A stretch of 64,000 nt of DNA from positions 64,001 to 128,000 of the forward strand of contig JBMNJG010000007.1 in NCBI GenBank assembly GCA_050951545.1, given 5' to 3'. Shown in pieces: positions 27,011-35,483 of this stretch. The notes under the pieces were generated by a model. The model made no database searches. It was not told the origin of the DNA and worked only from the letters and a program-made list of their open reading frames with translations. The position numbers were made by a program, and so were the translations under genes. Source of the stretch: Limnochordia bacterium. GTDB taxonomy: Bacteria > Bacillota > Limnochordia > DTU080. Positions within the stretch are counted from its first letter, which is position 1; every line of letters starts with the position of its first letter.

Positions 27011-27901
27011 GTGGCCTTGAGTAGCGTAGAATGGCTAGAGAGGATAATTACGCGGACTGTGGCGTTGCTCAGTCTGGGCATAGGAGGATGGCTGGCTGTG
27101 GGAGTGTATTTACCTTCTACCATTAATGAGCGAGCTCTGGAGCAAGCGCGCTGGGACGCTATGGCTGCATTCGCTCCGCAGTGGGTTGTAGTGACGAGTG
27201 GCTTTTTGGCGGGTTTCGTCGCCGCTTGGCTGCCTGGGCTCATCACCTTACCGTTGCTTTTTGTGTACCGTTACGCGTTTGGCGTTCAACCCTGGATGAC
27301 AGGCGAGGAGAAACTGGCTTCTGCGCTGGGTGGCTTGAGCAAGAACGTGGCAGCTTATTCCAGGGTAGCGATCTGGATAGCGATCGCTCTAGGTGTCTAT
27401 GGGGTGTTGCAGGCCCTCTTGCGGCAGAAGGCAGCGGTCACCAACCGCTACTTCACGATGGAGTTGAGCAAGTACGGCGAGGTCCGGGTGGGGCGCGACG
27501 GTCAGTTGACTATTTTGGGTTTTCCTTTCGTGGCTCTGATCGGACTTTGGGTAGCCGATAAGCTGGCAGTGCTTTTTGTCGCCCTGGTGGTCATTGTCTT
27601 GTCTGGCCTCTTCTACCATATTCTCTGGACGTGGCTCGACAACAGGTTCCTCTCCGTGTTGCACAGGCTGCGCTACGAAGAGCGGGTGGCTGAAGCCATG
27701 CGACTGCTGATTCCTCGGCACTGCGGCTGGGATAGCTGTACCATCCATAACGTAGAGGTCGATCGCGCGGGGAAAAGCATCCGGGTTGAAGGGGCGTTTG
27801 AGTCGGATCATGGCGAGCGAGAGGCTCGTGAGGTGGTGGGCCACTTCATGCGTGGTTATCATCCTATCTATCTTGTCAACACAAAAAAGCATAAGTCCTA
27901 G
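27011..27901 (+). CDS. Hypothetical multi-pass membrane protein
   Basis: Long ORF with about 5-6 hydrophobic segments and a soluble C-terminus; start uncertain (GTG 27011 or TTG 27017). Confidence 0.65.
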   Translation: MALSSVEWLERIITRTVALLSLGIGGWLAVGVYLPSTINERALEQARWDAMAAFAPQWVVVTSGFLAGFVAAWLPGLITLPLLFVYRYAFGVQPWMTGEEKLASALGGLSKNVAAYSRVAIWIAIALGVYGVLQALLRQKAAVTNRYFTMELSKYGEVRVGRDGQLTILGFPFVALIGLWVADKLAVLFVALVVIVLSGLFYHILWTWLDNRFLSVLHRLRYEERVAEAMRLLIPRHCGWDSCTIHNVEVDRAGKSIRVEGAFESDHGEREAREVVGHFMRGYHPIYLVNTKKHKS

Positions 27902-28062
27902 GCAGCCGTCGGCGCTTCGGGCTGTGCATAAGCGTTTTGCCAACGCATACTAATAGGGAAGCCGTACCTTTTGCACGGGAACCCCAAGCGGTTCCCGTCT
28001 TTGTTCCGGAATTGATGCGTAGCGAGTAAGGCTCCAGCGGTCGAGCTCGTGTACTGTGGGGT

Positions 28063-29190
28063 GTGGGTGTGGGTGTGGAACGCCAGAAAAAGATTCGCTT
28101 AGCAGTTTTGTTTGGGGGACGCTCAGGTGAGCATGAAGTGAGCTTGATGTCGGCCGCTTCACTCATCCAGGCTGCAGATAAGTCTAAGTACGAGATCATT
28201 CCTATAGGTATCGATAAGAACGGGCGCTGGCTGATCGGCGGCGAGGCGATGGCTCTTCTCAGCCGAGGTGAGATGACTCTCGATCTGCCACAATCTGCGA
28301 CGGCCTCTACGAGCGGGGCCATGATGTTGCTGGATCCGATTCAAGACGGAACCCTTCGCCTAGCTGACCAGACCATCGACGTTGTCTTCCCCGCTTTGCA
28401 TGGTACCTACGGTGAAGACGGAAGTGTCCAAGGGCTCCTTGAGCTGGTCAACGTGCCCTACGTGGGAGCGGGCGTAGCAGGTTCAGCGGTGGGCATGGAC
28501 AAGGCTCTCATGAAAGCGTTGTTCCGAGATGCGGGGCTGCCAATTCTCGACTTTGTGGTGATGAAGCGTAGAGACTTGGACCACGATCCACAAGCCTGTG
28601 TACGCCGAGTGGAGAATCGTCTGGGCTATCCGTGTTTCGTCAAACCCGCGAATCTGGGCTCCAGTGTGGGGATCAGCAAGGTGCATCAGCGTGACGGCCT
28701 GATCCTGGCCTTAGAGCTGGCGGCCCGCTATGATGCGAAGATACTCGTGGAAGCAGCCGCCATTGATGCCCGCGAGATCGAAGTGAGCGTGCTAGGCAAC
28801 GATTCCCCGTCGGCCTCTGTGGTAGGGGAGATCATCCCGTCTCGGGAGTTCTACGATTACGAGGCAAAGTACAAAGATGCCAGATCGCAGCTGATCATCC
28901 CAGCTAGGCTTTCGGCAGAATGCACACGTCGTGTGCGTGACATGGCGTTGGCAGCTTTCCAGGCTTGCGATGGGGCGGGCTTGGCCAGAGTCGACTTTTT
29001 CGTGCACCGCACGTCAGAAGCGATCTGGCTTAACGAGATTAACACGATGCCGGGCTTCACCAGCATTAGCATGTACGCCAAGTTGTGGGAAGCGACTGGG
29101 CTGTCGTACAGCGCGCTTATAGACAGGTTGGTTGAGCTGGCCTTGGAGCGCTTTGCTGAGAAGGCACGCTCACAGACTAGCTATGAGTAG
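28063..29190 (+). CDS. ddl: D-alanine--D-alanine ligase
   Basis: FGGRSGEHEVSL, LHGTYGEDG, KPANLGSSVG, FYDYEAKY, NEINTMPGFT. Confidence 0.97.
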   Translation: MGVGVERQKKIRLAVLFGGRSGEHEVSLMSAASLIQAADKSKYEIIPIGIDKNGRWLIGGEAMALLSRGEMTLDLPQSATASTSGAMMLLDPIQDGTLRLADQTIDVVFPALHGTYGEDGSVQGLLELVNVPYVGAGVAGSAVGMDKALMKALFRDAGLPILDFVVMKRRDLDHDPQACVRRVENRLGYPCFVKPANLGSSVGISKVHQRDGLILALELAARYDAKILVEAAAIDAREIEVSVLGNDSPSASVVGEIIPSREFYDYEAKYKDARSQLIIPARLSAECTRRVRDMALAAFQACDGAGLARVDFFVHRTSEAIWLNEINTMPGFTSISMYAKLWEATGLSYSALIDRLVELALERFAEKARSQTSYE

Positions 29191-29217
29191 TACGTTGCTG
29201 GTGATGCGGTAGGGGGC

Positions 29218-29499
29218 ATGAGCATGGGCACGGAGGCGCGGTTTTGGCGATGGCTGAAACGGCTATGTTTGGCCGGCGCAAGTCTAGCTTGGGTCGTCCT
29301 TTTCTACCGCAATTATTGGGATGCAGCCGTTCCGGCCTATGGTGACATTACCATTCACCTGGCTGGGCTTAGGCAACTTTTTTGGCGCTATGTGGGGGCC
29401 GGGATCGTGCTAGGGGGCATGTGGTGGCTGGCGATTCGTCAGGCTAGCAGGAGGTTGGCCAGCCCAGAGCAAGAAAGGGTGCGGCAGCGGAGCAACTAG
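29218..29499 (+). CDS. Small two-TM hypothetical protein
   Basis: AGGGGG RBS; two hydrophobic helices. Confidence 0.55.
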   Translation: MSMGTEARFWRWLKRLCLAGASLAWVVLFYRNYWDAAVPAYGDITIHLAGLRQLFWRYVGAGIVLGGMWWLAIRQASRRLASPEQERVRQRSN

Positions 29500-29689
29500 A
29501 GGGTGGCAGGAATAGCCGCACCTGCTATAGAATTCCTGTGGTGGCCATTGCTGTTTTCGATGTCTGATGCAAATGGTGAGGAAGAATCCCTGGTAGAAGG
29601 GGTATCTTCCTCTTTTCGCCTGTGGGGCCGACATCTGAATCAAAAGAGCCGGGCCTGTCTGGCCTGTCAGTAATGTGGAGGTGACACCT

Positions 29690-30604
29690 GTGAAGGCTGA
29701 TGTTCGGATCCGTATGGGCCGTAGGCGGCCTCTCCCGTTGCGTGTTCCTGGGGAGATCTTTGACGTCTACCAACCGCTCATGGGTGCACAAGCAACTCTG
29801 CTCTGGCTCAATATGCGTTGGCTGGAGCACGCGCAAATCAGCGGAGAGATCGAGGAGGCGCTGCAGGCCCGTTTGGACTTGCCTTTTGCGCAGCTTGCGG
29901 AGCCTTTGGACGAGCTGATGCGCTTTGGCCTCCTGGAGATTGGCACTGGCGGTGAGTACATACTGCATGAACCCCTCTCAGCAGAGGCCTTTGCTGCGCA
30001 GTTTGGTGATTCGGTAGTCACGATGGCGAATGCTGAGGTGGCGGCGACCGCCACTCGGGAGGTCGCGATAGACGATCACGTATCCGACCAACCTAAGCGC
30101 CTTCCAACGCAGCAGGACAAGGCAGATGCTGAGCAGTCTGATGTGGCCGTGGTCAAAGCCGAGGAGATCAGACCTTGGGAAACAGGGCACGAGAATCTCA
30201 GCGCGGATATGGAAGCTGTGATGGATCTCTACCACAGGAAAATTGGAATGGCCGGTCCTACGCAGTTTGACAAGCTTCGTTTCTGGGTTGAAGAGCAAGG
30301 GATGGAAGGGGAGGTAGTGGCGGCGGCTATCGAAGAGACCGTGCAATCAGCTCAGACACCGCGCATCAACTACCTCGAAGGCATTTTGCGCAACTGGTCC
30401 AATGATGGCATTCGTACTCTCAAGGATCTGGTCAGCAAGAAGGCATCGAAGGTGCTTTCCGGCGCTGGTGCTAGGGGGCTGGGGCAAGGGCAAGGGTCTC
30501 AGGGTTCCATGGAGGGGATGGCCAATGCTGACGCCTACCGGCGGGTCGACCCGAAAATGGTAAAAAAATGGAAGGAGCTTTACCCGGATGAGTATGACGG
30601 CTGA
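29690..30604 (+). CDS. DnaD/DnaB_2-domain replication protein
   Basis: N-terminal wHTH (DVYQPLMGAQATLLW..LDELMRFGLL); C-terminal VVAAAIEE..INYLEGILRNWSNDGIRTL; GGAGGTGA RBS. Confidence 0.85.
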   Translation: MKADVRIRMGRRRPLPLRVPGEIFDVYQPLMGAQATLLWLNMRWLEHAQISGEIEEALQARLDLPFAQLAEPLDELMRFGLLEIGTGGEYILHEPLSAEAFAAQFGDSVVTMANAEVAATATREVAIDDHVSDQPKRLPTQQDKADAEQSDVAVVKAEEIRPWETGHENLSADMEAVMDLYHRKIGMAGPTQFDKLRFWVEEQGMEGEVVAAAIEETVQSAQTPRINYLEGILRNWSNDGIRTLKDLVSKKASKVLSGAGARGLGQGQGSQGSMEGMANADAYRRVDPKMVKKWKELYPDEYDG

Positions 30605-31970
30605 GTCAGTTCATGGTGGTTTCCTTGCTGCTGATATAGAGGCAGAGCGGCGCGTACTTGGCATTCTCATTAAGTACCCTCAAGCTGTGGACTCAGTAAT
30701 GGATCGTCTCAGGCCGGAGCATTTCAGCGACCCACTCTATCGGCGTATCTTTGAGACGATTGTAGACATATACAACAGCCGAGGGCGCATATCCTATACA
30801 CAGGTGTACAACCGCCTGCGAAAGGACTCTTCAGTATCAGCACCCGATCAGGTGCTGATCGGCCTCACAGAGAGTTTCGTCAGTCAGGTGGAGCTGACGC
30901 CGTCTATCGAGACACTGGTAGACAAGCACGGGCGGCGGGCGATTCTCGAGGCGCTGCAGCAGATTGAAAACATGATCGTCTCCGGAAAAGAGGAAACGCT
31001 GCAGGCTTGCCAGGCCAAGGCTCAAGAGCTGATCTTTGCCGCCACGCACGCCAGCGACGAAAGCGAAGTCAAGAACCTCATGGAGGTTCTCAACAAGTGC
31101 TATGCACGCTTGTTAGAGCGAAAAGAGGGAAAGAAGCCCTACGGTTTGGCTGTACGCTTCCCTGAGATCGACATGTTGACTACGGGGTTCAAGAACAAAG
31201 ACCTGATCATTTTGGCTGCGCGTCCGAGTATGGGAAAGACCTCTTTGGCCCTCAACTTCTCGGTCAATGTCGCCAAACGGGGCATCCCAGTTCTGATCTT
31301 CAGCTTAGAGATGGATGACGAGCAGATCGGTGATCGCTTAGTTATGGGCGAGTTATTTCAGTATCGGAACCCTGATGGCACGTATGAGATACCCTGGTCA
31401 GCATACGCGACTCGCTTGGATGATGAGCAGTTTGAGAAGGTAGGGGCGGTGTTTAGCGATCTGTATCCGCTGCCGATTTTCATGATAGACAAGCGCGGCC
31501 TAATGGTTAGCGAGATGAAGGCCAAGGCTCGAAAAGTAAAAGCAGAGCATCCCGATCTAGGACTAATCATCATAGACTATTTGCAGCTCATCAAACCACA
31601 CGCGGCGACGAATCGAAACTGGGCGCTCGTTGTCGGAGATATTGTCCGTGAGTTGCGAGATCTGGCTGGTGAGCTAAATGTCCCTCTTATCTTGCTCTCA
31701 CAACTGAACCGAGCAGTAGAGACGCGCGAGAACAAAAAGCCAGTGATGAGCGACCTGCGGGACAGTGGTAACATTGAAGAATTCGCTGACGTAGTCATGT
31801 TTCTCTATCGCGAAGACTACTACTACCCAGAGAAAGCGAGACAGGAAGGCATAGAAGGGCAGGTAGAGGTTATTTTCGCGAAACAGCGTAAGGGTCCCAC
31901 CGGCAGTGCGTATCTCAAGTTCATCAAAGAGTACACGCGTTTCGTGGAGGAAAGCCCGCGTCACGCATAG
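30588..31970 (+). CDS. dnaB: Replicative DnaB-family helicase
   Basis: AERRVLG, LAARPSMGKTS, FSLEM, IDYLQL, LSQLNR, SDLRDSGNIE, AKQRKGP. Confidence 0.93.
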   Translation: MSMTAESVHGGFLAADIEAERRVLGILIKYPQAVDSVMDRLRPEHFSDPLYRRIFETIVDIYNSRGRISYTQVYNRLRKDSSVSAPDQVLIGLTESFVSQVELTPSIETLVDKHGRRAILEALQQIENMIVSGKEETLQACQAKAQELIFAATHASDESEVKNLMEVLNKCYARLLERKEGKKPYGLAVRFPEIDMLTTGFKNKDLIILAARPSMGKTSLALNFSVNVAKRGIPVLIFSLEMDDEQIGDRLVMGELFQYRNPDGTYEIPWSAYATRLDDEQFEKVGAVFSDLYPLPIFMIDKRGLMVSEMKAKARKVKAEHPDLGLIIIDYLQLIKPHAATNRNWALVVGDIVRELRDLAGELNVPLILLSQLNRAVETRENKKPVMSDLRDSGNIEEFADVVMFLYREDYYYPEKARQEGIEGQVEVIFAKQRKGPTGSAYLKFIKEYTRFVEESPRHA

Positions 31971-32007
31971 GAAAGAAGAGTACAGGCAACAAAAGAAGAG
32001 GGATACC

Positions 32008-32241
32008 ATGGCCCTTGATGAATTGTTTGAGGATGCGGAACGTCTCAAGCTCAGATTTGTATCTGGTTTTGACCGCCTCCATCGCCGGGGGCTGCTGAGC
32101 GAATCCGAGTTTGAGGAGCTGCTGGAGGTAATCGACCGTCTAAATGAGTTCTCGGAAGAAGAGCTCGCTGAGAAGCTGGAGAGCCTCATTCGGAAGGTCG
32201 AGGAACTTGAGCGATCTAAAGGGGACGAGACGGCCGGCTGA
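32008..32241 (+). CDS. Small acidic helical hypothetical protein
   Basis: GAGGGA RBS then ATG; 77 aa, E/L-rich. Confidence 0.6.
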   Translation: MALDELFEDAERLKLRFVSGFDRLHRRGLLSESEFEELLEVIDRLNEFSEEELAEKLESLIRKVEELERSKGDETAG

Positions 32242-32302
32242 GGCCTAAATACTGTCACATCGGCTCTTAACGCTTCGGTTGATGTGAGGAAGGAGTGGGT
32301 GG

Positions 32303-33343
32303 TTGGACATTTCACCCGCCAGACAACTGTCGGAAGCGTCAATTGCGGTTCGTAGGCACCAAAGGTTCGTTGTGCGCGGCACCTTGTTTCTCATGCTAGC
32401 AGTCGGCGCGATCTTCGCGTTGCGGGAAGTCGCTCTAAAGAGGGTTAGCATCTACGTGGAGGGCAGCGAACCAGTCGTGGTTACGACGACAGCGTGGCGT
32501 GTCGGAGCGGTGCTATCACAGGTAGGGGTGCAGTTGTTTGACGGTGACATCGTCACACCAGCTGTCTCCAATCGTCTGCGGGAAGGTCAGGTCATACAGG
32601 TCAAACGGGCCTTCACCGTCAGAATCGCTGCTGATGGTCAGCTACATGAAATTCGCACCACGGAGGTTTCTGTTCAGGCACTGCTCGACATGGTGGGTCT
32701 CACTGTTGGAACAGATGACAAGGTCATACCACAGGTGAACGCTCGTCTGAGCGGTGAGGACACGATCCGCGTGATCCGGGTCACCTATGATCACACCACG
32801 GAGACACAGGCCATCACTTTCAAGACCGTGCGTAAGTCGGATCCCAGTATGGATCAAGGTACGACGCGTGTGACGAAACAGGGTAAGAATGGTACCTTGG
32901 AGAAGACCATCAAACGTACCTACGAAGACGGCAAGCTTGTCAAGCGTAGCGTGGTGGGCGAAAAGGTAACCGTACAGCCTGTTGATGCGATCATTCACGT
33001 GGGAACCAGACCTGTTCCCAAGACCATCCGCGCTTCATCGGGCAAGCTGCTCCAGTACACGGATATGAAGGAGCTGTTGGCTACAGCCTATACACCTCTT
33101 GATGGTTCAGGGGCAGGTATCACCTATACGGGCATCAAGGCCACCAAGGGAGTAGTAGCGGTAGATCCACGGGTGATTCCCTTGGGCAGCCGACTCTATA
33201 TACCGGGATATGGGGAGGCATTGGCTGCTGATACTGGCAGTGCCATCAAGGGCCTGCGTATCGATCTGTGCTATGAGAGCCGCCGGGAAGCTCTCCAGTT
33301 TGGCAGGCGTGTGGTCAAGGTGTACATTCTCGCGAAGCGGTAG
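32303..33343 (+). CDS. yabE: YabE-like protein (DUF348 repeats, G5, 3D domain)
   Basis: TM helix, two ubiquitin-like repeats, G5 (KQGKNG), ATAY..AVDPRVIPLGS..ADTGSAIKG.RID; upstream of rsmA. Confidence 0.9.
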   Translation: MDISPARQLSEASIAVRRHQRFVVRGTLFLMLAVGAIFALREVALKRVSIYVEGSEPVVVTTTAWRVGAVLSQVGVQLFDGDIVTPAVSNRLREGQVIQVKRAFTVRIAADGQLHEIRTTEVSVQALLDMVGLTVGTDDKVIPQVNARLSGEDTIRVIRVTYDHTTETQAITFKTVRKSDPSMDQGTTRVTKQGKNGTLEKTIKRTYEDGKLVKRSVVGEKVTVQPVDAIIHVGTRPVPKTIRASSGKLLQYTDMKELLATAYTPLDGSGAGITYTGIKATKGVVAVDPRVIPLGSRLYIPGYGEALAADTGSAIKGLRIDLCYESRREALQFGRRVVKVYILAKR

Positions 33344-33356
33344 GTGGGAGTCGCAG

Positions 33357-34202
33357 ATGGGCGAGATTCTGGCGACACCAGGGGCCGTACGCAGGCTCAT
33401 CGAGGCGTACGGCTTTCGTCTTAAAAAGAGCCTGGGCCAGAACTTTTTGGTCGATAGGAATATCCTGGACAAGATCATTCGAGTCGCGGAGCTGCAGCCT
33501 AGCGACATTGTGCTTGAGATTGGTCCGGGGGTCGGGGGCCTGACCCAAGCTCTTGCGGAAGCAGGGGCCTTTGTGGTGGCGGTTGAGATCGATAGGAACT
33601 TAGTGGCGATACTGGGTGAGGTACTGGCCGACTATCCGCAGATCCGCGTCGTTCACGGTGATGCGCTGCAGCTACCACTTGCGGAGCTGCTCCCCGCAGG
33701 TAGGGCGTGCCGTGTCGTGGCCAACTTGCCCTATTACATTACCTCCCCACTGTTGCTGAAGTTATTTGAAGAGCAACTCCCGCTAAGCATGGCGGTGGTG
33801 ATGGTGCAGCGTGAAGTGGCTCAGCGCATCGTGGCCAAGCCCGGAAGCAAGGAATACGGGGCTCTTAGTGTCGCCATCGCCTATCATGCGGAAGCTGAGA
33901 TTGTGGCTTCCGTTTCCCGCAGTGTCTTCTTTCCCCCTCCTAACGTTGACTCGAGCGTCCTCCGCTTGCTGCCGCGCCCGTTTCCCTATCCGGCAGCTGA
34001 TGCGGCCACCTTCTCCACCGTTGTTCGTGCTGCCTTCGGTCAGCGGCGCAAGACCCTGCGCAATGCCTTACGAACGGCGGTCAACCACACCTCCACAGTA
34101 CTCGAGCGAGCGGCGATTGATGGCAATCGGCGGGGCGAGACCCTCTCACCCGCGGAGTTCGGGCAGCTCTCTTTGGCCTGCGTCGGTTACCTGAAGGCCT
34201 AA
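33357..34202 (+). CDS. rsmA: 16S rRNA dimethyladenosine transferase
   Basis: KKSLGQNFL, LEIGPGVGGLT, VANLPYYITSP, MVQREVA, FGQRRKTL. Confidence 0.97.
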   Translation: MGEILATPGAVRRLIEAYGFRLKKSLGQNFLVDRNILDKIIRVAELQPSDIVLEIGPGVGGLTQALAEAGAFVVAVEIDRNLVAILGEVLADYPQIRVVHGDALQLPLAELLPAGRACRVVANLPYYITSPLLLKLFEEQLPLSMAVVMVQREVAQRIVAKPGSKEYGALSVAIAYHAEAEIVASVSRSVFFPPPNVDSSVLRLLPRPFPYPAADAATFSTVVRAAFGQRRKTLRNALRTAVNHTSTVLERAAIDGNRRGETLSPAEFGQLSLACVGYLKA

Positions 34203-34386
34203 GCCAGCTCTCGGCAACGCCCACCTGGCCCAAGGGGATGCCGTGATTTCGCGTGTGCAACCAACATTTGCCTTTTGTTGGCAGAAGGTTCGCTTCTGTG
34301 CTACAATGGCGTGAGACAGTAAAATCCGAGCAGAAAGGGGTGGTCCGCTTCCACTCCGATACCCGCTCATGAGATGGGTGATCATC

Positions 34387-34857
34387 ATGCGCTTCATCAG
34401 TCCAACGCGTGGGCCCATGGATTTTGACGCTATGTTTGCTGACATCGTCAGTTACATCCAGGACATACCAGAGGCCAGCTACAAACTAATCATTGGGACC
34501 GACTCACAGATGGCTGAGGAGGTTTGCTTTGTCACCGCCATTGTCGTGCATCGCAAAGGCAAAGGTGGGCGCTATTACTACTCGCGTGAGCGCGAGCGGA
34601 TAAATCGCTCTTTGCGTCAGCGTATCTTCTACGAGACCTCCCGCTCGCTTCAGCTGGCGAGTCAGCTGGCCGCCCGCTTGGCTGAGAACGGCCATGCCGA
34701 CTTGGACGTAGAGATCCACTGCGATGTTGGAGTAAACGGTCAAACCAAGGACTTGATTCGCGAGGTCGTGGGGATGGTGGTAGGATCTGGCTTTGACGCC
34801 CGCATCAAGCCCGACTCCTACGGGGCCTCCAAGGTTGCTGACAAATACACCAAGTAG
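34387..34857 (+). CDS. RNase H-like YkuK (DUF458) protein
   Basis: IIGTDSQ, GKGGRYY, RIFYETSRSL, EIHCDVG.NG.T, IKPDSYGAS.VAD. Confidence 0.88.
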   Translation: MRFISPTRGPMDFDAMFADIVSYIQDIPEASYKLIIGTDSQMAEEVCFVTAIVVHRKGKGGRYYYSRERERINRSLRQRIFYETSRSLQLASQLAARLAENGHADLDVEIHCDVGVNGQTKDLIREVVGMVVGSGFDARIKPDSYGASKVADKYTK

Positions 34858-34948
34858 ATGCCGCCTGGTAGCTGCGGTGTGTAGATCCTGCCTGATGGGT
34901 ATATTAGTCCCGTTTGGAGTGCGCAGATACATTTTCACCCCGAATGTG

Positions 34949-35017
34949 TTGACAGTGCTGTGTCAGCGTTGATATAATATTTTCTTTGTTGACGCAGGGC
35001 GCCTCCCATGGTATACT
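34949..35017 (+). promoter_or_regulatory. Tandem sigma-A promoters of veg
   Basis: TTGACA-18-TATAAT (34949-34978) and TTGACG-17-TATACT with extended TG (34989-35017). Confidence 0.85.
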
Positions 35018-35052
35018 CAATCATGTCAACAAGCGCGGGAAGGGTGGTTCAG

Positions 35053-35322
35053 ATGGCGGTAAAGAGAGGCACCCTAGACCTCATCAAGCAGGATCTTGAG
35101 GCGAATGTCGGAAAGCGCATTAGGCTGAGGGCCAATCGTGGTCGCCGCAAAGTTATTGAGGCCGAAGGGATTCTGGAGCAAACGTACCCCAGAGTCTTTG
35201 TCATTCGGCTTGATGCAAGATCCAGCCCCGTCAAACGGATGTCTTACTCGTATGCTGACGTTCTGACCGAGACGGTAGAGCTGATGATCGACAACAATAG
35301 GGTAGGCGTGGCCAACCTGTAA
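35053..35322 (+). CDS. veg: Veg family protein
   Basis: ANRGRRK..GILEQTYP.VF..SYSYADVLTETV. Confidence 0.95.
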   Translation: MAVKRGTLDLIKQDLEANVGKRIRLRANRGRRKVIEAEGILEQTYPRVFVIRLDARSSPVKRMSYSYADVLTETVELMIDNNRVGVANL

Positions 35323-35344
35323 CAGGGTTAGCGGCGGCTTGAGT

Positions 35345-35376
35345 AAGACCGGCTCCTTTATTGGCCGGTCTTTTTT
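35345..35376 (+). terminator. Intrinsic terminator after veg
   Basis: AAGACCGGCT..GGCCGGTC followed by TTTTTT. Confidence 0.85.
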
Positions 35377-35483
35377 CGTTACCTGGAGGTCTTTGCGAAG
35401 GACGTGTGAAAACATGTGAGCAGGAGGCGTTCTCACTACCACAGCATAGTCGGAGAAGGATTTCATGCGAGGAGATGGAGTGT

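Noticed and set aside
28055-28078. (TGTGGG)n microrepeat / G-quadruplex at the ddl start
   Set aside because: Only 3-4 imperfect units, and it probably just forms the RBS and first codons.
29675-32241. Prophage
   Set aside because: No integrase, structural or lysis genes; flanked by housekeeping genes.
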